NCBI GenBank assembly: GCA_047495785.1
Contig: JBLDXI010000020.1
Coordinates: forward strand, 3,162,001 to 3,226,000
Reading direction: 5' to 3'
DNA: 64,000 nt
Source: Lepidodermella squamata
Lineage: Eukaryota; Animalia; Gastrotricha
This document shows, piece by piece, positions 1 to 13,570 of this stretch. A program made the translations under genes and the position numbers. The notes under the pieces are model-generated. The model saw nothing but the letters and a program-made list of their open reading frames with translations. It made no database searches and was not told where the DNA came from. Each line of letters opens with the position of its first letter. Positions within the stretch are counted from its first letter, which is position 1.

Positions 1-1256
1 GGTTGGTGCCCGACCTCTCATTTTTTCGCCCTCAAATATTTTCTTTCATCGATATGCTCCCGTTCTCGACGTTTTCGCCATCAGCAACGTCGATTCCACT
101 AATTCATGTCAATTAATTTTACCCTGATTTACTTTTTTCAAGAATTTTTTCTAACTTTGAAATTCCAAACCAAGGTCGTAGGTTGGTGCCCGACCTCTCA
201 TTTTTTCGCCCTCAAATATTTTCTTTCATCGATATGCTCCCGTTCTCGACGTTTTCGCCATCAGCAACGTCGATTCCACTAATTCATGTCAATTAATTTT
301 ACCCTGATTTACTTTTTTCAAGAATTTTTTCAAACTTTGAAATTCCAAACCAAGGTCGTAGGTTGGTGCCCGACCTCTCATTTTTTCGCCCTCAAATATT
401 TTCTTTCATCGATATGCTCCCGTTCTCGACGTTTTCGCCATCAGCAACGTCGATTCCACTAATTCATGTCAATTAATTTTACCCTGATTAACTTTTTTCA
501 AGAATTTTTTCAAACTTTGAAATCCCAAACCAAGGTCGTAGGTTGGTGCCCGACCTCTCATTTTTTCGCCCTCAAATATTTTCTTTCATCGATATGCTCC
601 CGTTCTCGACGTTTTCGCCATCAGCAACGTCGATTCCACTAATTCATGTCAATTAATTTTACCCTGATTTACTTTTTTCAAGAATTTTTTCAAACTTTGA
701 AATTCCAAACCAAGGTCGTAGGTTGGTGCCCGACCTCTCATTTTTTCGCCCTCAAATATTTTCTTTCATCGATATGCTCCCGTTCTCGACGTTTTCGCCA
801 TCAGCAACGTCGATTCCACTAATTCATGTAAATTAATTCTACCCTGATTTACTTTTTTCAAGAATTTTTTCAAACTTTGAAATCCCAAACCAAGGTCGTA
901 GGTTGGTGCCCGACCTCTCATTTTTTCGCCCTCAAATATTTTCTTTCATCGATATGCTCCCGTTCTCGACGTTTTCGCCATCAGCAACGTCGATTCCACT
1001 AATTCATGTCAATTAATTTTACCCTGATTTACTTTTTTCAAGAATTTTTTCAAACTTTGAAATCCCAAACCAAGGTCGTAGGTTGGTGCCCGACCTCTCA
1101 TTTTTTCGCCCTCAAATATTTTCTTTCATCGATATGCTCCCGTTCTCGAAGTTTTCGCCATCAGCAACGTCGATTCCACTAATTCATGTCAATTAATTTT
1201 ACCCTGATTTACTTTTTTCAAGAATTTTTTCAAACTTTGAAATTCCAAACGAAGGT
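1..1256. repeat. 180-bp tandem satellite, about 7 near-identical monomers (runs off the left edge)
   Basis: Sequence repeats with exact 180-nt period (ggttggtgcccgacc at 1, 181, 361, 541, 721, 901, 1081) with only scattered SNPs; identity breaks at about 1256. Confidence 0.98.
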
Positions 1257-1561
1257 CATTTTTTTGAATTTTAGAATTTCGGAAATTTATATTAGCATTT
1301 CATTTTTTTTTATTTTTTCTCTTTTTTACCAGTTTGCGAATCGAATGACCGATGTTGCACATGCTGTAATCAAATGGCTGAAAACGATTTCAAGACGAAG
1401 TGATTTGTGATTTTTCAAACGTGCTACTTCATTTGAACGTTGTTTACCAGCTTTGCTGTATGATGCTTTTTAAATTATATTGTTCCAAACCCCATTTTCG
1501 CTGACCCAGGCAGTAATAGGGTAGAGATGCCGTCTCAATGCCCGGCTATGCAGTTAAATAG

Positions 1562-1683
1562 CCAACCGACGTTGGAATAGTCGGTATAAACTTCCACCGT
1601 CCCGGCTCAGACGGCGAAAACGACCACGTCTTGGTGAGACGGTAAAAAAAACTCCGACAAGGCAAGGTCGGTAAAAAACTTCC
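1562..1683. promoter_or_regulatory. Four tandem stem-loop modules (about 30-nt period) upstream of the Rep-helicase gene
   Basis: accgac/gtcggt, ccgtc/gacgg, cgtct/agacg and ccgac/gtcgg stems, each followed by an A-run and usually (ct)tcc; function inferred only. Confidence 0.5.
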
Positions 1684-1957
1684 AAAATGTCCGCAGGGCT
1701 GAGCGACCAGCGCCCTCACTGTGATTCGTCACAAATACTAAGCTGGAAGGGAACCTATGACGATCTGTCAGGCATCTTCGGATCCGAGGTTTCTCCCCGA
1801 TATTTCAATTATTGATGTGCATTGGTAATTTCAATAAAATATGTTTTTCATTTCAATATATTTTTTTTAATTGATGTTCTTCATTCCATTCGCATATGGT
1901 GTTATTTTTTATTTATCTAGTTTTATGATGACAATTTTGTGATTATGAACTGGAATC

Positions 1958-4900
1958 ATGGTGAAACCGCCTAATTGGAAGCCAAAATCGAAGGGATCGC
2001 GTAAGTGTTCCTTTTGCAAACGGAAAGGTGTTCGAATCTCAACCCACTGCGGACTACTCAATTGCTCTAAAGCTAAAGGGCAACACCATCCCAAGCCGTG
2101 CATTAAGGTTCAACCTCCACAGTCCGCTTCTCAGTCCAATTGTATGTTTTCCTAATCAATCAGTTATATATGTTTCATCTGTTTTTACACAGCCACGTCG
2201 TGTTCGCATGTTGGCGAATCTTTATCGGTAGCTCCATCCTCACTCACTGTTCAGAATACGTCTCAGCAGTCGTTGATATCTCAAGGCTTGTTCTTGTTAT
2301 TCATCCTCAAATTGTATAAATTTGCGATAAAATTTCCCCATAGGTAGCGGCGCTGTTCTGACTGCTTCGGAGCAATTGTTGGATTCTCAAGGTCAGTAAT
2401 TTTTATTTCTCAACTATAACTTGACATGTGGCTGTGCCGTTCCAGCTGTTCCGGCTACCCGGGAAGATCCGCTGCCACCTCCGGGTTAGTTGTTAGATTG
2501 AGATTTATTTCATGTCTTGAGCGAATACCACTAAGCTCTTTTAAGAATTATAAGAATTGAAGAGGTGTTAACATATGATTGTTATGTCATTTAGTCTTGT
2601 CAAATAATATTTTCAGGCGCTTCTTTGAACGAACGGCAGGAATCTAGCGCGCCTGCAACACGTCAGCCAGTAACTCAGCCATCTTGTCCAGTATGCGGCG
2701 CAAAAGGCAGGAAGTATCTGACCCACTGCGACAATGAGGAATGCCGGATTAGTGGCCGCGGGCATCACGCTAATCCCTGTTTCCAGTTGGAACGACCCGG
2801 GCTACAGGCCGGTGTAAATCTTGAGCAGCAACGTAAGTATTATCCACCGGGTAACAACCTTTCATAAATAATGATTCATTTAGCTGTGGCGTCCTCTGGA
2901 GCTGTTGCTGCTACGTCACAACGGTCGCTGCCATCTATAGGTTAGTTATTTAATCAAGAATTGTGCTGCCTGGTGTTAACTAAAACTGCTGTTTGTTGCA
3001 GCTAGTGGTGGTTCTTCTAATGCACCTATTCTATGTGACAACTGCAGAAGACGATCGGTGCCCTTTTTCGACATCGACATTGCTGTCGTGGAAGAGCCGG
3101 TATCTGGACGCAGCTATGGTGCTCTAGGACTAAGGAAAGTCTATGAAAACTGCTCGTTATGCCGTTGTTGCCGTCACTATTTGCGCAACGGCGATGCTCG
3201 TTTTCCCGCCGGATGGCCAGCCCTTGTTTATAGCCTTTTCTTCAAAGCAGCGAATAGGCACCTAGCAGAGGCCCTCTCTAACTACATATCGCCGCTCATG
3301 AAAATGATGTGGAGCGAGGTCGACGGCTCAAATGTTATGCGGGACTCGCAGCCGTGTTTCGTTGACAAGACACGTGATCTGGCTGATTTCATGGCCAATA
3401 TCTACAAAGACGCAGGTATTCTATCAACCTACTAAATGAGTATACGAATGCAGTTTTTTTTTTAATTGCAGGAGGATTCAGTTACGCGCTAAACATGTAC
3501 CCAGTGCCCGACGTGATATGTCCGCAAGGTTGCCTCGCTTTCATGGAGAAGTGCCAGCTAATCCCGTACCATCATTTGATCCAACATGTCACTGGCAGCA
3601 ATTTCTTCGATTCCGACTTGCGCTGGTTCGAGTCAAGGAGACCCGACTGGCCGTGCAACCCAGTGCCTTTCCTCGCTTGGGATTTCGCTGCTGCAATGGT
3701 CATGGACGAGACAAAGGGCCTATGCATCCTTGCCTGCATTGACCACAGCAAGCCGGACCTGTTTTCCATGTACCTGCATCTCCCTGCGAATCCCGAGTTC
3801 GACCGGTTCCACGATCCGCAGCAGACCGAAATCTATGCACCCGTGCACGTGCAGCCCAATTTCGTCAGAGGCGGGCGAGTCGGTCAGTCGAACGCATCAG
3901 TGCCAGTGACAAAAACTCTGGGTGATCAATTAGGTGTCGGCAGCTTTACATTGCGTGGTGCTCACTCGGCAAATCGCAAGGCTTTGAGCATGTACGCCAG
4001 CGCCTTTAAGCCACACCTTTTGGCCTTGCGATATCGTCCTGAGATTCGCAACACCGCGATCAGCAGATTTGGCGAGGAACACGTGGCTCACGTTCTTGCT
4101 GATTTTGATCAGCATTGCCCAACTGCTGTCGTGAGAAACCATGTCAAGGGTGGCACTTTCATCGAGCTAGCTGACTGTTACTTCACCTGGGCTATTCGCC
4201 GCAAAATCGCGACAGGTCAGTACATTTCATTCTTAATCTACTACTATAGATTAGACTCAACAGAATTAGCACTGCATTAATTTTGCTGATAGTGATAGCC
4301 TTGTAATCGGGCCCTGCACTGAATTTTAGATGCGTTTTGTCCAATATAAAATTCTCCAATATAAATGGTCAAAGAACGGATGTAGCAACTGTAGTAGAGT
4401 ATCGCGCGGGATAACCACTGCAAATTATTATGTAGTGTACTTCGGGAGGATAAGATTAGGCCGATCGAACTGCTCCAAATTCTCGATATAATAAACAAAT
4501 ATAGAGATACTAAGATTCAAGCGCATTAACAATTCATCATCGATTCCTACGAATTGTCTCATTTCGTCCTTCTTTATTTTAGGAAGTGATTCGTCGAAAA
4601 AAGGGAAAACACCTTCAGAAGCCGTGATCTTCAATCCGGTTCACCCGAACGATGATCATGGCTTAATCCCCTGGGCGTTCAAGTCGGGTCAAGGCGACAA
4701 CCCTAGTCAGCTCCTGACACTGGTTGCCAACGTCGTTTCGTTGTGCCGCCCTGTGTACCGTGCGGCGTTGAGTCATCTAGTGCTTGGCAGTCCCGATTTA
4801 ACACGCGTCGACATCGGTGACTTGCTCAGTCATACTGTTTCGCTGCCGCGCCCGAAAACCCCTCGTACTCTGAATTTGTCGCATCTGGCAAGGGACTTCT

Positions 4901-7900
4901 GGTCACTGACAGAACCCGAAAGTGATAGCGGATCTGACGATGACGAAGAATCCCCCGATGTCGTTACGCGGGCATTAACTTTGATTGGGAGAGTTACTGC
5001 GCCGATTAATGATGTCGAGTTGTCGTTTGCTGGATCTCATCTTTTAGCGATAAGAAAGGGGCAAACCATGGACGGCGAAAGAAGGAGTCTCCGAAGTCAT
5101 GGTGAGTGTTTTATTCATATTTTGGCAATTATTGCTGCATTATTAGACGTTGTGGTGATACATATCATGATCTTGGGTCCTGAATTTCAAAATTTACTGG
5201 TTTTAATCAAAAATTGAAACAACAAAAAATTGAGGGCTCCCATTCAAGTTATAATGACGTAAATCTTGAAATATTGAGTAATTTTCAAATCGTTTGATTC
5301 ATACCTAGATAACCCTTGTTTATTTCGTGTTGACAGTGGGTAGGGTGCTGGTCATCCACGGAGGTCAATCTCAGCTGCTGACCGAATACCAGACTTCGCA
5401 TGAGCTGCTGATGTGCCGACCCGAAGGTGCCTTGCCGATCAATTGGCCCGCATTGCCCTTGTCGCTGAAAGCTGGTCATCACCTGCTACTTGCCCGCGTC
5501 AAGTTTGGCTCGAAATCCTACATCGTTTTTCGATGGTCGCCTAGCTTCAGTGGCTGGTGGACAGTAGAGCCTAGCGGGCGAGTGGTTCGTGGTGTCAGTG
5601 ATCAGCACATGCGCTCTGACGTCCAATTTGCGATTTACGCTCTGCCTGGCAACCAGACGTTCTGCAATCAAGCCGTCCGTCAATCGCTCGGTGGTCAAAG
5701 CAAGGCTGCCTGCGAAATGCATTTCGACTCTGTCGAGTTCAACTTCACTCTTATGAAAGTGCCGGTGAAACATAAGGTGAAGTGTTGCATGCGATCACCG
5801 GGAAGAGCCAATCAATGCGGCAAACCTGCTCAGTTGCGCTGTCCTGCGGGCTTGCAGAATGGCAGCTTGTCGTGCAGTGTCGGCATCTGCACGCGGTGCT
5901 TCAAGAAGCTTCCAGCGGACGGTATCACCAAGCTCTCAGCGCCTGACTTTCTGCCTGATGTGCCTGAAGATGCTGAATTGCAACTGTCAGCTAGCAGGGC
6001 ATCGAACTTGGAAGCTCAAGCCGACGAGGTTCCGCCGCAGCCTGAGCAGCTTCATTTGGCTACTGATATTCAATTTCCTCGAGGCGATGCTGAGCCGCTG
6101 TATGATCCGACCAAGGGTATTCTCGCCAAGTATCTCTGGCAGCACTTGGGAATTCTGCAGCGAACCAGGCTCGCTTTCGATTCTGCCCAGAAGTCTTTTC
6201 TACTGCAGCAGATGGTTGCCTTCGGAGATGCCCCTGCTACTTCCATCTTGTACCCGGAGGGTGCTCTGTTTCCGTCACTTTTCTATTGCCAACGTGATGG
6301 CAGTGTTGTTGGTGCTTTGCCTCACCATCACTACTCGTCCTACAACTCCGACTATACAGGTGGAATCGGCTCCCTGTCTGATCATGTCAAAGTCAGGTTG
6401 CGCAACTTCTTCTTGGCAACAAGCTGGTCGTTTGCGTCAATCTACTTCTCCTTTGACATGAAGCTATCGGCGCAGCTGAACAAAAACAGCACTGCAATCT
6501 TCATGAAGCGTGGGACAGAAGGCCTGGCAGGTAAAGGCGCTGTTGGCTGGTCTCCTCCTGGCACGGCTCTCGAATACGAGGAGTTCGACAAGGAGTCGAG
6601 GCTGAAAGAGCTTGGCGCCCTAATCAAGCATGAAGAATGGAAGTGGTTCGGGACAATTACTTGTAATGATACAGGTTAGCACAAGTTTTGGTATTCAATC
6701 TCACTCAATTGTAGACTGAATAATTTCTCCAAGAATTGTTTGAAATTTGAAATTTTACCACCTCGACCTACACAATGCATTATTTTTCAATTCCAGGCAC
6801 ACCTGGTGTATGTGAAATCGTCAAAGCCCTTATGATAAACGCTCAAAGGCACCATGGTCCACGCCCTGTTCTGTCGAAGGCCGACTATCAGCGAACTTTT
6901 CGTCAGCGTCTGCTCCTTGTTTCAAGGCTTGACGAGACCGAGTACAAGCGGCTGTACTACGCCCATTTCATCCTCATCAGCATGGCTTGGCAACGAGTGC
7001 AGGAGCATCTGATCGAGTTCCTGAAGCGCACGAATGTTGTTGGCACTGTCACCACTATTTTCGTCAGGAACGAATTTCAGAGCGAATCACTCGTTGGCAA
7101 CAAAAGTCATCTGCATATGGGCATTTCAGTACGCGAAAGCCGGGCAGAACTGCTGGAGAAAGTTTGCTGTGATCCTCGTGAATTCTTCTCGGAGCGGTAC
7201 GGCACGTCATTCGACGAGCTTCAGCGCTTGAGGTTGGTCGAGAGCCGAGATCACTTCGAGCTGCTCAAGGAGGTCCATTACCCCTTCCAACGTCACGAAT
7301 GCGAGAAAGCGTTTTGGAAATGTCAAGTTCCACGCGGCGAAGGAGGGGAAATGGTTTGCCGAGTTCGCCAGCACGGCGTCTCCAGCAGCGGCTATTTCGA
7401 AGAATTCCGCAACGTGTACTCCGAGGATACCCTGAAAGAGCTGCAATCCCTAGACCTCGCCAGAGAAGTGCCCAATCCCACTGGCGACTTTGACTGGGAA
7501 TTTCTGGCTGATCAGCTCAAGTCGGGCGTGTACCACTACGCGATCAAGCATCTCGAGAAGGGCGTGAAGTTCATTCCGCAAATCCCGATCATCGCGGCAA
7601 TGATGGGCGGCTCCACGAACTTTCAGATATGCGATTCTCATTTCAGCGTATCTTACCTGACGAGCTACGTTGCCAGCTCCGACGCTCGCCCTGAAGCTTA
7701 CGCTGCAACGACAGATGTTCCGGGCCAAGTCGTTGCTTTGTTCCCTGCTGGTTTTGAGCGAGGTCAAAAGCTTGCTAGTGTTCGGTGAGTAATATCTTTG
7801 CACTTCAATTGACTTGAAAAACTTTGATGTTTTTAGGAAAGTGATGGAAGCGAAGCTGAAGCATTTCCGTCGAGAAAGCATGCAGAGCTTTATCTTCATC

Positions 7901-10900
7901 GCCTTGACAGAAGTTGCTTGGTTCGCGTTGGGGTTTCCCTACACCATCACGAATGTCGGTTTCGTACACATCAACACACACCCACCAGCTTCGCGGCTAA
8001 TGTTGTGGCGACCGAAAGAAGCAGTGAAAAAGCGACTACCGGGTATGCTCTTGAGAATAGTTATTGTGATTATTTTCAAATAATATTCCAAAAACAGGTA
8101 CAGATGTAGTTGCTGTCGACCCAAACTACAATCGCCGGGGCCTGCCTCAGTGGCGCTTGTTCACGGAAGCATGCATTCGTCTGATCATGAAAATGAGAGG
8201 CACGAATCTGCTAGCTGGCCCTGTCGAGAAGTTCGAGATTCGACCTCCCGAGGCTCGTATCTTTGCGTCACCTGCTATCTATCACGCGGTGTTCGTCATC
8301 GACCGGAAAAACCGACGACCATACAACCCGATGGTCGATCCTTACATCCGTTTTTTCGACGGCTTCAAGCGGGAGGTCCGAATCAACGATTGCAGTTTGC
8401 GCATCGCGCTCGACTATCTGGCTCAGCAGGACCAATCCAATGCAGCCGTTCAAGCACTCACGGAAATTTTCGAACTCTTGGTCGAAGGCGATCCTGTCTA
8501 TGTTGACCGGTAACGATCTTTACGTTTTTATAATTTTCGGAATATTTCAAATGTACGCTGAACTAGGTACTTGCACGTCACAAATAAGGCGGCGATAATT
8601 CCAGTCCTATCCACCATCTCTCCGCTCAACCGCTTCAACTTCTTGTATCACGTCGTCATGACGTTTGGTCGAATCGAAGATGAGGCTACTACCTTTCCGG
8701 CTGGGCATCTCCGGGCGGCATTTGTTCGATCGGGGCTCATTCGGGTCAATCCTGAAGGCGAGCCGACCAACCTTCCTGCCGACGTGAGGTCTCTGAAGCG
8801 TCGCGTCATTCTCGAAATCTTCGCTTTCCTGCCAATCGGTGTCAAGAGATTCGATTTTTACGTCGCCACTCTGAAATCCATGTTCGAGCAGTTTTTCTTT
8901 GGCGATGGAGGCACCGACAATCTCTCGGCACTGACTGACTGGGATGCGATTGAACGGGAAGTTGACGAGGATATTGTCCGAGCGGAAGGAGAAATGAAGC
9001 GGTCTGTGGTTGAGGTGACGCATTCGCAGCTTGTCGGGAAATTGCCGCTACCACCGCTGTCGGATTTCACTGACGCTACATCGTGTCAACCTTTGGAATG
9101 GATTCCGAGTCTTCAACGACAACCAGGTCAGTCGGACCAGTCTTTCCAGGAGCAGCAGGCGGCTCTGGCTTTCGGTATGAAGACACTCGAACGCTTCCGA
9201 AGCAGAGCTAGCTTCAAGCACATCGCACTGGTTGGTCCTCCTGGGGCTGGAAAGACAACGCTGGCGCAGATCCTTGCCATGGTTGCCGTTTCTAAGGGAC
9301 TACGAGTTGTCATTACTGCTTTGACCTCGGAGCGAGCACGAGTTCTTGGCGGTCGGCACATCCACCTGCTTTTTCCTTTGCCGGTTAAGCAAATACCGTA
9401 CAAAAATGTAATGGCGTATGCTGACGGCTGCCTCAAGAATCTGTGTTTCAAGACTACGCCGTCTGTTGTCCTATATCGGGCTGACGTCTTCATCATCGAA
9501 GAAATTGGGCTGGTCTCTGCTGAAACCCTGGAAATCTTGGACACAGTTATGAGGAGTCTTACAGGTAAGCAAACCAGCATTCAATTATTACTGGTATTTA
9601 TAGTTTTCATTAGGAGTCGATGCGAAAATGGGTGGCAAATTGATCATTGCTACCGGGGACTTTGCTCAGCTCGAGACGATCAATGGTGAGAGTTGATTTA
9701 TTGCAATACTAACATGTATATTGTATTTGTTTTTTTTAATTATCCCAGGTCGATCCTTTTGGGAATCAACACAATTGTACCTCAGCTACGACGTCGCATT
9801 GTTGAAACATTTCGTTCGGGCTGCCACTGACCCGCTACTCCAGCGGGTGCTGTTGATTTTGCGGCAAGGCGTTCTTGACGAGATTGACCGGGACTTCATC
9901 CTCAAAGCTGTGACTAGAACGTGCAACTTTTACGACACTTGGGACAACGTTCCGTTCCTTGTCCAGCGGATCGTCCCAACAAGAGAAGCTGAACAAGAGG
10001 TTAGTTGGAAACGGAAAATTTTGGTGATCACTCTTGCCTTTCATTAATTGATCAGGTCATTCGGAAGTTCCTGCAAGACGCTAGTCTCAGTGGCAAGACT
10101 TTGAAAACAGCTCTATGCATCGACGAAGTAAACACGCGTGGTGCCTGGGAACCTCTTCACCGTCCCGAATGGAAAAAAGCTATCAACAAACAGTCACTCA
10201 AGCCCGAGAACTTAACGCTCTTTGTTGGTGCTGTGGTTGCTATGACCTACAATCACGTAGCGTCGAACCCGCAACACTCCTTCTCCCAAGGGCAGCTAGC
10301 TCTGGTGACGCAGTTGCCGGAAGACATGGCCGCACCGGATGCCAAAATTTCTGTCCGCTTGGTTCCTCCAGGGCTGCGTGACATTGCACCAGATGAGGCT
10401 TGGCCAGAAATAAGTGTGGGCCGGCATCGGGACGATAACATTGTTGTTGGCGACAACAAAACGCACCTGCGTCGTGTTCAGTTTCCGCTGCGGCATTACA
10501 TTGCCTCGACTATTCATCGTGAGTGCTAACCTTGTTTTTATATTCAAGTATATAAAAATGTTAATTGTTTTCAGGAATCATGGGTTCTACCTGCGAGAAC
10601 GGCGTTGCAGCCAAGATTGCTTCCAACGAGAAGGTACGTATTGCGAACAATAACTGTGGATATTGATATGTTCAATGTACTGTAATGAAGGGCTACGTGC
10701 TATGGGAACGGGCGCAGCTTGCTGTCATTCTCTCGCGGTGCCGTTCACTTGACCGTGTGTCATTTGTTGGCGAACGCGCAGACATCACTGTGGCCATCGA
10801 AAGGCTGTTGATGGCAGTCGATGAGCCATACGAGGCTATCGTCGCATCGCTGCAAACGCTGGACGTGCTGCCTACCTCAACAGTCGCCAGTAACTGGTCA

Positions 10901-11825
10901 GCCGGACGACAGCAGCAGGTCAGCGACCCCGACGAACTGCCCGACATCACGTTCCGCGTTTTACGAACAACTTCCGGGTTAGTCCACTTACTTATTTGGC
11001 TCTTTGTATAGTCAACTCACTAATTGCGTATGTCCCATTATATATCGAGTCTTGACAGTTCATATTTCTATAACCATTTTATTATATTTCAAAATAGAAT
11101 AAGTCGAACGTTTTCAAGAAAATTTTTCTTATAGATCATTCACGATCGAGCAGCTTGGCGATGCTCAAACTTCCATCCCATTGTAAGTATGGCATTGTTC
11201 ATCTGCTTTATATACTATTCAAAACTTCTTCATAGCCCTGCAACCGTTGACCAGGCAAGCTCCTCCGATGCGCCTGTTGTCCCACGGTTAGTATAACCTA
11301 TCAATTCCATTTCATTGCTTCAAATTCTGCTCAATTTATCAGAGTGCCGACATTGTTGGACTTCTACCGCGTCGTCGGTCCTGATTTGTCGGAACGCGAG
11401 CCCAATGGCGTCGTTTATCAATTGGTGGAGGTGGCTCAGCCGTGGGCCAGCTACTTTGGCGAAACCGAGCAAGCGCCTCTACAGCGACTTTATGACCACA
11501 ATCACAGTAAATACAAGAGAGACTAAAAAAATCGAACTGCTAACATTTGATTTCAGATGCAGGGGCCGCGATGACTCGCGGCAAGCAATGGCATTTGTAC
11601 GCCGTCGCTCGTGGCTTGCCTGATGACGAAACCAGGTTGAACCTGGAGAAAAGGTGCCAGGACCTTATTACAGCGCAACCTGAGCTTTTGCCGTGGCAAG
11701 TTAGGACCAAATTTGAGTCCTACGTGGACGACATCAACGCTCGCCTGCATGGGTCCACTGCTGTAATTCGTTACGGCGAGTTGGACGAGGCTAAGGTTCA
11801 CCGCCTGCGTATGATCTCCTTGTGA
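1958..11825 (+). CDS. Multi-exon (about 24 exons, about 2,600 aa) Helitron-like RepHel protein with C-terminal GIY-YIG endonuclease
   Basis: Rep motifs WFGTITCN (about 6645), RNEFQ...SHLHMGI (HUH, about 7070-7125), QRHEC..C, SYLTSY (about 7650). PIF1-type helicase motifs GPPGAGKT (9234), FIIEEIG, GDFAQL, RVQFPL..ASTIH, VILSR. GIY-YIG-like VVYQL..SYFGET..QRLYDHN..GAAMT..W..NLE (11400-11650). GT-AG junctions from about 3415 to 11556 were checked by hand and keep frame; the 5' mini-exons (2190-2940) are less certain. Confidence 0.88.
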
Positions 11826-12512
11826 GTCAGCTGATGGATGTCATTCTTTTTACTCAATCCTTTCACTTTTCAGCACGTCGACAATTAGAGTAGCACCGGC
11901 GCCACCGTCAGCGCAAGAAGAAGCAGGTGAACTAATCGACCAAGATCCGCCCCCAAAGCGGTAAATAGATTTAAGTTCACATTTGCTTGTAGCTTTTTAC
12001 TATTATTTTCAGAATTCATCTCGCAAATAATTGTTCGCCGTCTTGATGTTTCTGCCGATCTTCCGATAAATGAAATGTTCCAATTCAATGTTTTTCCTAG
12101 TAGTAGCCAATAAACGTATCGCACTTTTTCTAATAGTGTTTATTGAATCAGAGTTATCAGATCGACTTGACTTAATATGAATCAAATCGCCACGAAACCG
12201 TAATTTTTCTGATCCTTGTGCTTCGTCCATTATATAATTTTTCTAAAAGATTACCTAACCTCATTGCCATGCTCTTGGCTCTGTGGCAACCGAACCATAT
12301 TCATCTCACAAGTTGGCACTATAGTTGCTTCCGGAACCCACCATAAAGATGACAGATCTTAGTTTCAAGTTTTTCCATTGCATCACCATTGCTAAATCAA
12401 AATCCATCAAATAAAAATGCTTCCCTGCGTAAATCTATAATTTCAAATCTTAATCACGGAAAATAGGGTTTATATCAAATCAAATCAAACCCAAAGCACT
12501 GATGAGAATATC

Positions 12513-13256
12513 AAATTTCAAATGTCATTAACACTGGGGTGAGGGGGAGCCACCGTCCCCTCCAACGACGTGGAGGGGATCTCCAAGGGGTGGTTCGAGT
12601 CCTTACCCATTACCCAGGAGAGTGGAGAAAAAGAAAGAAAAGGCTAGCGCAGCGTAAGCCTTGTCGAACTCTCCTGGATGGGGGCGCGACTCTGGGAGTT
12701 CCGAAGGAACGCCAGTTCCTTTACGCGTGTTTTACACATACGCCGTAGATTACCACGAACGAAGTGAGATTTCATCCCAACAGGGGGGCCCGAGAACGCG
12801 TTGGTTAACAGGACATACTCCGATCGACTTGCCCGATTTATGGTGGTATCCTGGACCCCTCAGGACCTCCCAGAAACTTTTTCAGCTCAATCGGACCTTC
12901 CGTTGATTTTCTAGAAATTAGGACGGTTTTTACCTATTTTACCGTATTTTTTAGTCACGTGACCTGGAATGGGTAGTATACGACAGGACAGTAGGAGGAT
13001 ATGATAGGTACACCAAAAAACAAACCACGCTGACCAAAGCTTCCGAGCCAGCTGACAGGCTGGCCCCTCGCCCCTGGGGGAGAGGGGCCCCACAATAGCC
13101 CGCGACAAAAGAGCAAACGACAAAAAGGCAATATAAATAAAAGTCAAGGTCGATTGAAAAAACCTGCGGCAAATTGTTTGTGCATTTTGCACATTAATCT
13201 ATGGGTTTACCCGTAATCGACTACGGAGAATCCGAATATGAAATCCATTTTATTAT
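12513..13256. repeat. Structured GC-rich dispersed repeat, copy 1
   Basis: Aligns with 18385-19160 (long identical tracts such as caccgtcccctccaacgacgtggaggggatctccaaggggtggttcgagtcc); several hairpins. Confidence 0.9.
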
Positions 13257-13319
13257 AAAGCAATGATAACCCCATGATAATCCTTCCTAAAGTTTTCTGG
13301 CTCGCGCGGCTGCGTCGCA

Positions 13320-13570
13320 CTCGCTGAAAGAGTTGCGTAACTTTCACCACCTAACGACGCCTCGCTGAGATATGAAACTTCGAACAAGCACAACAAGGTT
13401 TTTTCCAACATGTTCAAGCTGACAGCTAGAGTTTCGCAATACAGGTTAGTCCACAAATACAGAATACTACCTTTGAAAACCAACTTCTTTGCAATCACGG
13501 CGACATTTCATTTCTTGTGAACGATCAACAGAATCATACTTATTCGTCGTTATTCAGTCGGTATTCAGTT
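13320..13570. repeat. About 250-bp segment duplicated at about 14493-14748
   Basis: tcgctgaaagagttgcgtaactttcaccacctaa ... cagaatcatacttattcgtcgttattcagtcggt occurs at both places. Confidence 0.85.

Noticed and set aside
1-1256. CRISPR-like regular repeat
   Set aside because: The entire 180 bp repeats, there are no unique spacers or cas genes, and the context is eukaryotic.
3500-11800. Antisense and alternate-frame ORFs over the RepHel gene
   Set aside because: Shadows of GC-rich coding exons with no motifs.
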